This document shows positions 30,456 through 39,107 of a stretch of DNA of 64,000 nt, in pieces. Under the pieces are notes generated by a model. That model was not told the origin of the DNA and made no database searches. It worked only from the letters and a program-made list of their open reading frames with translations. The number at the start of each line of letters is the position of its first letter. Position 1 is the stretch's first letter. Both the position numbers and the translations under genes were made by a program. Source of the stretch: Chlorobiales bacterium (GTDB lineage Bacteria > Bacteroidota > Chlorobiia > Chlorobiales > Chlorobiaceae); NCBI GenBank assembly GCA_022360275.1, contig JAKSDC010000019.1, forward strand, positions 2,529-66,528. The letters run 5' to 3'.

Positions 30456-31196
30456 ATGTATCCCGGCAAAATAAAAGCCCTTGAAATGGAACCGTCAGAG
30501 CAGAAACCCGAAAAAGAGATACCATCGATTGAAACCTCCGGCCATGAAGAAAAGCTTGAACGGCTGGTCGATTTTTTGTTACTCAATAAAAATCTCATCA
30601 TTGCGGTAACTGTCGGCGTCCTTGCCGCTGGCGCAGGTCTCTTTTTCTATCAGCAGCAGCACCGGACAACTGAAGCTTCGGCTTACCGCCTGTTATCCGC
30701 TGCCGAGTCGGTTGCCGATGCAGGAAACTGGCAACTGGCAATCGATGGAAACGATTCCATAAAAGGTCTCAGACAGATTGTTAAGGAATACGGATCGACC
30801 CCGAGCGGCAACCGGGCAAAAATCCTTATCGGAGACAGCTTTCTCGCTTTAGGAAAAATTGATTCCTCTTTATCATACTACCAGGAATATGCTGGAAAAA
30901 ACCCTGATCTTGCCGCTTCGGCAATAGCCGGTGAAGCTACATGCCACCTCCTTAACCAGGAATTTTCCGAAGCCGCAGCTGCGTTTGAAAAAGCATCCGA
31001 AACAGCGGAAAACCAGGCTCTCAAAGCCTCATACCTTTCGGATGCGGCAGACACGTATCGGTTGAATGGCAGTATAGACAAAGCAGTTGATCTTTATAAA
31101 CAGGTCATTCGGCAATATCCGGGTTTTGCCGCCACGGCAAATGCACAGGAATCCCTGCTTGCGCTTGCCGGAAAAACAGGCAACGTTGATCTGTAG
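30456..31196 (+). CDS. Membrane-anchored TPR protein (YfgM-like)
   Basis: One N-terminal TM helix followed by TPR repeats. Confidence 0.75.
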   Translation: MYPGKIKALEMEPSEQKPEKEIPSIETSGHEEKLERLVDFLLLNKNLIIAVTVGVLAAGAGLFFYQQQHRTTEASAYRLLSAAESVADAGNWQLAIDGNDSIKGLRQIVKEYGSTPSGNRAKILIGDSFLALGKIDSSLSYYQEYAGKNPDLAASAIAGEATCHLLNQEFSEAAAAFEKASETAENQALKASYLSDAADTYRLNGSIDKAVDLYKQVIRQYPGFAATANAQESLLALAGKTGNVDL

Positions 31197-31226
31197 AACA
31201 AACCACAACCAATTATACACCAGAAA

Positions 31227-31715
31227 ATGAGCACCAAATACAAGATTAAAACGAACCTTGGCGATATTACCGTATCCCTCTATGACGATACCCCTCAGCA
31301 TAAGGAAAACTTCGAAAAGCTTGTCGATGAAAAGTACTATGACGGCATTCGCTTTCACCGGGTCATCGAAGGATTCATGATCCAGACCGGAGACCCGCTT
31401 TCGCGTAGCGATGACAACCGTATGCTGCACGGCACGGGTGGACCGGATTATCGTATTCCGGCGGAGCTTAAACATCCTAACGAGAAAGGGAGCCTTGCAG
31501 CCGCAAGAGACAATAATCCTCAAAAAGCATCTTCCGGCAGCCAGTTTTACATCAACCAGGCTGACAATGATTTTCTGGACGGTGAATATACCGTTTTCGG
31601 CAAGGTAACCGACGGGATCGATGTTGTAGATACAATCGCTGCCGTTGAGACGGATTTCAATGACAACCCCGTTGACCCGGTGACCATTGAGACCATCGAG
31701 ATAATCCAGGCCTGA
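31227..31715 (+). CDS. Cyclophilin-type peptidyl-prolyl isomerase
   Basis: FHRVIEGFMIQTGDP, GSQFYI, YTVFGKV. Confidence 0.95.
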   Translation: MSTKYKIKTNLGDITVSLYDDTPQHKENFEKLVDEKYYDGIRFHRVIEGFMIQTGDPLSRSDDNRMLHGTGGPDYRIPAELKHPNEKGSLAAARDNNPQKASSGSQFYINQADNDFLDGEYTVFGKVTDGIDVVDTIAAVETDFNDNPVDPVTIETIEIIQA

Positions 31716-31867
31716 GCTGAAACAGCCTATGTCACGGCTTGCCGACAAATAATCGAAAACAGCATTGGACAAAAGCCGCTATTCAATAGTCGTTTCCATC
31801 CTGTTGCTGTTACAGGAAGATTGAAGAATCGCTCAATAGACCGTAAAAAAGAATTCGTCAGAGCAGA

Positions 31868-32563
31868 ATGGGTAGAATAGCACAAAATCTGCAGCAAATA
31901 GATGAAGAGATCCGGTCTGTTTGCAGCAAGGCCGGCAGGAACCCGTCCGATATACGTCTGATTGCTGTTTCGAAAACCAAACCCGCAGCACTGGTAAAGG
32001 AGGCCTATGATGCAGGCCAGCTGGATATCGGTGAAAGCTATGTCCAGGAGTTTCTCGAAAAACAGGGCTCTGAAAAGCTTTCAGGTCTTCCGTTACAATG
32101 GCATTTCATCGGACACCTTCAGTCAAACAAGGTGAAAGATATTGTCGGTAAAGTTTCCCTGATCCACGGCATCGACAAAATCGGAACAGCACGGGAGTTG
32201 TCAAAACGGGCTTCAGCAAAAAACGTCGCAGCCGATTACCTCATCGAGATCAATACTTCCGGAGAAAGTTCAAAATTCGGCCTGTCCCCGGACGCACTCC
32301 TCTCTGAAGCCCCCTATTTTTTCGATCTCCCGAATATCCGTCTCAGAGGCCTCATGACTATTGCTTCGCCTGACAGGAACAAGGCCAGAGAGGAGTTTCG
32401 TATGCTTGCCAAACTGCTTGAACAGCTTAAGAAAATTTCGCCCAGCCCGGCTCTTCTGACAGAACTTTCCATGGGTATGAGTCAGGATTACGACATCGCC
32501 ATCGAAGAGGGAACAACAATGATCCGTATAGGAACCGCCATCTTCGGATCACGGCAGCGATAA
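31868..32563 (+). CDS. yggS: PLP homeostasis protein YggS/PlpHP
   Basis: AVSKTKP, WHFIGHLQSNK, LSMGMSQD, IRIGTAIFG. Confidence 0.95.
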   Translation: MGRIAQNLQQIDEEIRSVCSKAGRNPSDIRLIAVSKTKPAALVKEAYDAGQLDIGESYVQEFLEKQGSEKLSGLPLQWHFIGHLQSNKVKDIVGKVSLIHGIDKIGTARELSKRASAKNVAADYLIEINTSGESSKFGLSPDALLSEAPYFFDLPNIRLRGLMTIASPDRNKAREEFRMLAKLLEQLKKISPSPALLTELSMGMSQDYDIAIEEGTTMIRIGTAIFGSRQR

Positions 32564-32820
32564 AAGAGAATTGCTGAACTGTTGCGCCGTATGCCGCGAT
32601 GGCAGTGACCATCCATAAGGGTCTTTCTATGTATTGTCTGAAACCAATCAGCCATCTCGACCCGGCAATCAGAGCAAGGATACCGGGGCAATCGTCAAAT
32701 ATCACTTATTATCGAGCATAATTTGAATCGGTCGGTTCAGGATTTTATATTGCACGATTGATTATTTTGCAAAGTTTTTGCCCTTGAACCGAGGTCGTTA
32801 ACGCCGGGGTCCGTTACCAT

Positions 32821-34065
32821 ATGCCGTACTCAAATTCACCTGTCTTTATTCCGGCACAGCGTGTCCAGAATTATCATTACGCCATTCGCAACATTGTCAG
32901 CAATGCGCGGCGTCAGGAAGAACAGGGGAACACAGTCACCTACCTGAACATCGGTGACCCGGTACTGTATGATTTTCAACCGCCTGAAGAGCTTGTCGAA
33001 GCAACGGTTCTCGCTCTAAGGCAGGGACATAACGGCTACGCCCCATCATGCGGAAAAAAGGATGCAGTCGAGGCAATCGCCGAAGATGCTCTTTCACGCG
33101 GGATCCCGGTCTCCCCGGATAACATCATCATTACCTTTGGCGCTTCGGAAGCGGCAGACCTTGTATGTACTGCGATGCTGAATCCCGGTGACGAGGTGCT
33201 CTGCCCTTCCCCCGGCTATCCTCTCTATAATGCAATAATCGCCAAACTGAACGCAAGGGAGCTCCAGTACAAACTTGACCCTGACAACAGCTGGCATCCG
33301 GACCCGGAGGAGATTGAAAGCAAAATAACCCTCCGAACAAAGATTCTCGTTGTCATCAATCCGAACAACCCGACGGGGGCACTTTATCCTCCCGACTTGC
33401 TAAAGGAACTGGTCGATATTGCCCGCAGACACCGGCTGCTTATTATCACCGACGAGGTCTATCACAAACTTGTCTACGAAGAAGCACATACACCCCTTGC
33501 TTCGATGGCTGAAAATGATGTTGCGATAATCACCATTGACAGCTTGTCGAAAAACTATATGGCCCCCGGCTGGAGAATCGGCTGGCTTGCCATCACCAAC
33601 AGCCATCTTATTCCGGATGTACATTTTGCGTTTGTAAAACTTGCAGATGCAAGGCTTTGCGCCCCAATGGCCCCACAGTACGCCATCAAAGCCGCTATGA
33701 AATTGAGAAAGGACTATATTGAAAGCGTTATGAGCCGTCTGCGTGCTCAGAGGGATATTACCGTAGACATGCTGAACGCTATTCCGGGGATCAGTTGTAA
33801 CCACCCGAAAGGAGCATTTTACGTCATGGGCAAGGTCGATCTTGCCATGTCTCCATTCAATTCCGATGAAGAGTTTGTGCTGAAGCTTCTGCAGGAAAAA
33901 CAGGTGCTTTTCGTTCACGGCTCCGGATTTGGAACCGATCCCCTGCAAGGCTTTTTCAGGGTAGTCTTTCTGCCCGATGTATCGACGCTGAAAAAAGTGT
34001 ACAGCGATCTCGGAGATTTCGTCAAACAATACCAGCAACCTTTTTTCAAAGAACCCATAACATAA
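32821..34065 (+). CDS. Class I/II PLP aminotransferase (AlaA-like)
   Basis: LNIGDP, INPNNPTG, DEVY and SLSK..GWRIG (PLP Lys). Confidence 0.9.
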   Translation: MPYSNSPVFIPAQRVQNYHYAIRNIVSNARRQEEQGNTVTYLNIGDPVLYDFQPPEELVEATVLALRQGHNGYAPSCGKKDAVEAIAEDALSRGIPVSPDNIIITFGASEAADLVCTAMLNPGDEVLCPSPGYPLYNAIIAKLNARELQYKLDPDNSWHPDPEEIESKITLRTKILVVINPNNPTGALYPPDLLKELVDIARRHRLLIITDEVYHKLVYEEAHTPLASMAENDVAIITIDSLSKNYMAPGWRIGWLAITNSHLIPDVHFAFVKLADARLCAPMAPQYAIKAAMKLRKDYIESVMSRLRAQRDITVDMLNAIPGISCNHPKGAFYVMGKVDLAMSPFNSDEEFVLKLLQEKQVLFVHGSGFGTDPLQGFFRVVFLPDVSTLKKVYSDLGDFVKQYQQPFFKEPIT

Positions 34066-34077
34066 AACTGCTTCACC

Positions 34078-34899
34078 ATGATTGAACAACGTGCTAAAAT
34101 CCAGGAGGCCGTCTCGTTTATCCGCTCGAAAACCAGTGACGAATATCCTGTTGGAATCGTTCTCGGAACCGGTCTCGGCGCCCTGGCAAAAGAAATAAAT
34201 GTAGAACTGTCTCTCGATTACGGAGACATCCCCTATTTCCCCATTTCGACGGTTGAAACCCATCATGGCAAACTTATATTCGGCACTCTTGCGGGAAAAA
34301 AAGTTGTTGCAATGCAGGGACGGTTCCATTTCTACGAAGGCTATTCGATGCAGCAGATTGTGTTTCCTGTCAGAGTCATGAAACATCTCGGCGTAAAAAC
34401 CTTGGGCATAACCAATGCCTGCGGGGGGCTCAACCCGGCATTCAGTAAAGGCGACATCATGCTTATCGATGACCACATCAACTTCCTGGGAACCAATCCT
34501 CTTATCGGACCGAACGATCAGGAAATCGGACCGAGATTCCCGGACATGTGCGCCCCGTACTCCCCGGGAATTCTCGACATCGCCGAACAGGTTGCGCTCG
34601 AACATAAAATCAAGGTCCAGCGGGGTGTTTATGTCGCTCTTTCCGGTCCCTGCCTTGAAACCCGCGCAGAGTATCGCATGCTCCGTACCATCGGTGCAGA
34701 TGTTGTCGGCATGTCAACTGTTCCGGAAGTCATTGCCGCAGTACATCAGGGAACTGAAGTATTCGGCATGTCGATCATCACCGACGAGTGTTTCCCGGAC
34801 AACCTGGAACCCGTCAGTATCGAGGAAATTATTGAGGTCTCAAATGAAGCCGAACCGAAAATGACAACAATTTTCAAGAGCGTTGTCGAAAGACTTTAA
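34078..34899 (+). CDS. Trimeric-type purine nucleoside phosphorylase (possibly MTA/5'-deoxyadenosine phosphorylase)
   Basis: LGTGLG, QGRFHFYEG, TNACGG, GPCLET, VGMSTVPE, and ITD where human PNP has ITN. Confidence 0.9.
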   Translation: MIEQRAKIQEAVSFIRSKTSDEYPVGIVLGTGLGALAKEINVELSLDYGDIPYFPISTVETHHGKLIFGTLAGKKVVAMQGRFHFYEGYSMQQIVFPVRVMKHLGVKTLGITNACGGLNPAFSKGDIMLIDDHINFLGTNPLIGPNDQEIGPRFPDMCAPYSPGILDIAEQVALEHKIKVQRGVYVALSGPCLETRAEYRMLRTIGADVVGMSTVPEVIAAVHQGTEVFGMSIITDECFPDNLEPVSIEEIIEVSNEAEPKMTTIFKSVVERL

Positions 34900-34919
34900 C
34901 TTTTAAACACTTAACCACA

Positions 34920-35981
34920 ATGATCGACGCCGTTTCTTTTGAAAACAATACCCTTGGCTATCTCGACCAGCGATTTCTTCCGTTGAAAGAGGATTACATC
35001 AGGACAAAAGATTACCGGGAAGCTATCGAGGCCATCAAAACCCTTGCCGTCAGAGGTGCTCCGCTCATTGGTATCGTCGCAGGCTATACCGTTATGCTGG
35101 GGCTTAACAGTTACGAGGGTAACAAGGAAGAGTTTCCTCCCTACTTTGAAAACCTCATACAGGAAGTCGAAGCTTCAAGACCCACCGCCGTCAACCTTTT
35201 CTTTGCCACTGCACGCATGAAAGAGGTATACGATGCTCACTTTGCGTCGGATTCTCTCGAAGAACTCTTTTCGAAGATGCTTGTTGCCGCGAAAAAAATC
35301 CATGCTGACGAGATTGCAAACTGCGATAACATGGCCCGTCACGGCGTGGAACTCATCAAACAGGATCTTGCCGAAACCCTCAGGACGAGAAAGCTCAATG
35401 TTCTTACCCACTGCAATACCGGTACTCTGGCAACAGGAGGGTCGGGAACTGCCCTGGGGGTCATCAAACATGCCTGGAAGGAAGGTCTTATTGAAAAAGT
35501 CATCACGGCGGAAAGCCGGCCTCTGCTGCAGGGACTGCGGCTTACCGCATGGGAACTTGAAAACGAAAACATTCCTTTCATTTCGATTTCAGATTCATCT
35601 TCGGCCTTCCTCATGCAAAAAGGCATGATCGATTTCGGCATTGTCGGTGCTGATAGAATTGCGGCCAACGGAGACACCGCAAATAAAATAGGGACGTTCG
35701 CCCATGCTGTCAGCGCATCGATTTACAATGTACCATATTACATTGCAGCCCCGGTATCCACTATCGACATAACCATCAATGACGGCTCGCAAATCCCTAT
35801 CGAAGAACGAAGTGCCGATGAGCTGAGGACAATTTTCGGTACACAGGTTGCCGCACCATCCACACCCGTTCTGAATTATGCGTTCGATGTGACACCCAAT
35901 CAGTACATCCGGGGTATCGTCACGGATAAAAAAGCCGTTGTCGGCAGTTATTCCGAAGAATTGCAAAAACTTGTCGACTAA
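34920..35981 (+). CDS. mtnA: S-methyl-5-thioribose-1-phosphate isomerase
   Basis: LDQR, VRGAP, SRPTAVNL, THCNTGTLAT, GADRIAANGDTANKIGT. Confidence 0.95.
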   Translation: MIDAVSFENNTLGYLDQRFLPLKEDYIRTKDYREAIEAIKTLAVRGAPLIGIVAGYTVMLGLNSYEGNKEEFPPYFENLIQEVEASRPTAVNLFFATARMKEVYDAHFASDSLEELFSKMLVAAKKIHADEIANCDNMARHGVELIKQDLAETLRTRKLNVLTHCNTGTLATGGSGTALGVIKHAWKEGLIEKVITAESRPLLQGLRLTAWELENENIPFISISDSSSAFLMQKGMIDFGIVGADRIAANGDTANKIGTFAHAVSASIYNVPYYIAAPVSTIDITINDGSQIPIEERSADELRTIFGTQVAAPSTPVLNYAFDVTPNQYIRGIVTDKKAVVGSYSEELQKLVD

Positions 35982-36006
35982 AACCAGGGGCTGAACACAA
36001 ACCGTC

Positions 36007-36190
36007 AAAGAGGCTGTCTCAAAAGGGCGGCCTCGCGTATTTTGAGCCGACAATCGACATCTCTCCTGACTGTCATCCATCCCCGGGCCTGCCCCGTGAA
36101 ATCAAAAGCATCTGTAAAATCTCTTGGATGCCCGGATTTCCGTAAAAACAAAAAAGCTGCCTCATAATCGACTTATGAGACAACCTCTTT
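36007..36190. mobile_element. MITE-like 184-bp element
   Basis: Ends aaagaggctgtctcaaaag / cttatgagacaacctcttt (17/19 IR); an 18/20 copy of the left end at 22211-22230; internal REP-like hairpin. No transposase in the window. Confidence 0.55.
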
Positions 36191-36425
36191 TTTATTCCGC
36201 AATTGTTCGTTATACTTTTTCTATAGAGAAAAAACTTTTCTACCGAGTAAATCAAGCAGTACACATCCCTGAACGCCCCTACAAAAAATTATTAGTGTTG
36301 CAGCACAACGAACGATTGCAGTTCGGGAAACCTATAGTTTTATAGCTGACAACGTTCATCCTTTTCAACAAGCAAACTGTTTAAGGCCGAATCAGGATTA
36401 ACCCCGGAGAACTTTCAATCCAGAG

Positions 36426-36821
36426 ATGAAAAACAGGTTACATAAGGAAAAAAACGAACCATCCGACAACTCGTTGCAGATCTTCAACTACAGTGACTTT
36501 CTTGATCGTGTGATGGGAGACCAGGAGCTGGCCACGAGTATTCTCGAAGAGTTTGCAGGATTGATCGGGCAACATGCAGAAAAGTTGCGCCATGCGGTTG
36601 AATCCGGAGATCATGAAAGCATCAGACAGATCGGCCACATGATCAAAGGCGAATCGGGCAACATCAGCGCCCCCGCCCTGTATGAAAGCTCCTATGCGAT
36701 TGAAAAAGCGGGAAAAGCTCAAAACAGCAGCGAACAGAACGAACTTCTCCCGGTGCTGCTTGCAGACATTGACAATCTAACACACGCAATCCGGGAAGTT
36801 TTGCAAAAAGAGGGCAAGTAA
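36426..36821 (+). CDS. Stand-alone HPt (histidine phosphotransfer) protein
   Basis: RVMGDQEL..ILEEF and GHMIKGESGNISA (H.+KG motif); all-helical, 131 aa. Confidence 0.88.
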   Translation: MKNRLHKEKNEPSDNSLQIFNYSDFLDRVMGDQELATSILEEFAGLIGQHAEKLRHAVESGDHESIRQIGHMIKGESGNISAPALYESSYAIEKAGKAQNSSEQNELLPVLLADIDNLTHAIREVLQKEGK

Positions 36822-37119
36822 AATTGCACCTTCAATGCATTCCATCGACCACAACTCTCTTCACAAAGGCAACGGGCATTGTTTTCTTTGCCTGTTTGGC
36901 AATTGTTTTCCAGCATTTTCTTACAACCCGACCTGAAACATCCGGCTCATCTTTTGTTCAATTGCATGCACCGATATAATTCCGTACAATTAGGCGAAAC
37001 TGCGTTGGGTGCTTTACATTGTCCCGAAAAAAGTAAACAGGACACAGGAGACAAATAGCAAAAAATGACTACGTAATAGTTACCAATGGAATAATGGGAA
37101 AACGCATTTCAATATTCAA

Positions 37120-37261
37120 GGGCACCTCGATTAATTTGTTGCACGACCTGAATACTTCGTTGGTCGGTGCTCGAAATCCTCATGTACTCTATGTACACTC
37201 CGGTTTCTGCGCTCCGTCCGCCTTGTCTTCAGCTCGCTCTCGACAATTAATAGAGGTCCCC
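37120..37261. repeat. Palindromic repeat element, long class (copy D)
   Basis: Terminal IR 15/17; 60/62 core identity to copy B; same 142-bp length. Confidence 0.9.
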
Positions 37262-37364
37262 TCAATCGTAATTAGTCAATAGTCGATACTCGTCACTGTG
37301 CTTGGATGTTTGGACAATCGCTCAATGCAGGGCAAAGAATCAGGAAAGAATCCAAAACCAGATC

Positions 37365-39107
37365 ATGAATCTTGACCGGAGGCTTCTTCTGCTCGCCAAG
37401 CAGTATCCAATACCGTTCATTGCATCGATTTTATTTGGTTTGCTTGGCGGAATCGCGCTCATCGGTCAAGCATCCCTGCTGAGCAGGATCATAGACACAA
37501 TTTTTCTGAAACACACAGGGCTTGAGAATATTCTGAAGCTCCTGTTTTTGTTTGCTCTTTTCAGCATCTTTCGGGCTCTCTTTAACTGGACAAGCGAAAG
37601 CGAAGCGAACAGGGGAACCTTGAAAATAAAGCAGTCCCTCCATGAAAGGCTTATGGAGAAGCTTTCCGCTCTTGGCCCTGCCTATACCGGCTCGGTACAG
37701 AGCGGGAAACTGAGCGTTAACCTCCTCAAAGGCGTCGAGTCCCTTGACCCTTATTTCAGCCAGTATATCCCGCAGCTTGCTCTCTCTTCGCTGATTCCGC
37801 TAACGATTCTCGCAGTGGTTTTTCCGACCGACGTATTCAGTGGCTTCATTCTGCTTACAACTGCCCCGCTGATTCCGCTTTTTATGCTCCTGATCGGCAA
37901 GGCAGCAAAAAAAGTAACGGCAAAACAGTGGGAAACGTTGAGCAGAATGAGCGGTAACTTCCTCGACGTCCTGCAGGGTCTTACAACACTCAAACTTTTC
38001 GGTAGAAGCCGGGAAAGGAAACAATCAATATTCGAAATCAGCGAGGCATTCAGACATGCAACCATGAAAGTTCTGAAAGTTGCCTTTCTTTCTTCGCTTG
38101 CGCTGGAACTTGTCGGCACCATTGGCACGGCGATCATCGCGGTCTCGATAGGCCTGAGGCTGTGGAACGGGTCGATCGGCTTCGAATCCGCACTGTTCAT
38201 TCTCCTGCTTACGCCTGATTTCTATCTTCCTCTCCGGCAACTGGGAACAAAATTTCATGCAGGAATGGAAGGAGTCAGTGCCGCACACGATATTTTCACT
38301 CTTCTCGACAAGCCTGAACCGGAAAAAGAGATCACCGCACACCCGTCCGACACCCTTGATTATTCCAAGGAAAACATTGTCTTTGAAAACGTAAGGTTCT
38401 CCTACGACGGCAGCGGCACATACGCATTACAGCAAATCAACTGCACGTTAAAGCCCTGCAATACAATCGCAATAACAGGACCGAGCGGTGCAGGCAAAAC
38501 AACGTTCATCAACCTGCTCCTGCGTTTCATCGATCCGTGCGGAGGCGCAATCATGATTGGAGGCAAAGCTCTTCAAAGCATTGAACGTGAACAATGGCTG
38601 CAACGGGTAGCCTGGATTCCCCAACATCCCTATTTTTTCAATGCGACGCTCAGGGAAAATCTTCTTCTTGCCAAAAAGGATGCAACCGAAGATGAACTGA
38701 TGACAGCCGTTGAATACTGCCGTCTTGGCTCTTTTGTCGATTCACTGCCACAGGGACTGGATACGCATATCGGTGAGCAGGGGACCAGAATCAGCGGCGG
38801 CGAAGCACAACGCCTGTCATTCGCAAGGGCATTTATCAAGGAGGCCCCGATACTGGTGCTTGATGAACCCACTTCACACACCGATCCGACACTTGAGCAA
38901 GAGCTGCTTGAATCCATGAACAGGCTGACCAAAGGAAAAACCTCTGTAATAATCGCACATCGCTTGAGTACCGTAAAAGACGCTGATCATATACTGGTAT
39001 TCGATAAAGGACGGATTGTACAATCCGGTTCACATTCGTCGCTCATGAAAGAAGATGGTTTTTACCGTAACGCGCTGCGAACGTTTCAGGAGAACACCGC
39101 GGTATGA
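37365..39107 (+). CDS. cydD: Thiol-reductant ABC exporter subunit CydD
   Basis: ABC TMD with PLIPLFM and RQLGTKFHA; GPSGAGKTT, SGGEAQR, LDEPTS. ATG 37365 preferred over the TTG in the ORF track. Confidence 0.9.
   Translation: MNLDRRLLLLAKQYPIPFIASILFGLLGGIALIGQASLLSRIIDTIFLKHTGLENILKLLFLFALFSIFRALFNWTSESEANRGTLKIKQSLHERLMEKLSALGPAYTGSVQSGKLSVNLLKGVESLDPYFSQYIPQLALSSLIPLTILAVVFPTDVFSGFILLTTAPLIPLFMLLIGKAAKKVTAKQWETLSRMSGNFLDVLQGLTTLKLFGRSRERKQSIFEISEAFRHATMKVLKVAFLSSLALELVGTIGTAIIAVSIGLRLWNGSIGFESALFILLLTPDFYLPLRQLGTKFHAGMEGVSAAHDIFTLLDKPEPEKEITAHPSDTLDYSKENIVFENVRFSYDGSGTYALQQINCTLKPCNTIAITGPSGAGKTTFINLLLRFIDPCGGAIMIGGKALQSIEREQWLQRVAWIPQHPYFFNATLRENLLLAKKDATEDELMTAVEYCRLGSFVDSLPQGLDTHIGEQGTRISGGEAQRLSFARAFIKEAPILVLDEPTSHTDPTLEQELLESMNRLTKGKTSVIIAHRLSTVKDADHILVFDKGRIVQSGSHSSLMKEDGFYRNALRTFQENTAV

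Noticed and set aside
36822-37119. Riboswitch upstream of cydDC (also examined 51070-51358 and 20800-21111)
   Set aside because: I recognised no c-di-GMP, TPP, B12, SAM or Moco consensus; an Rfam scan would be needed to exclude one.
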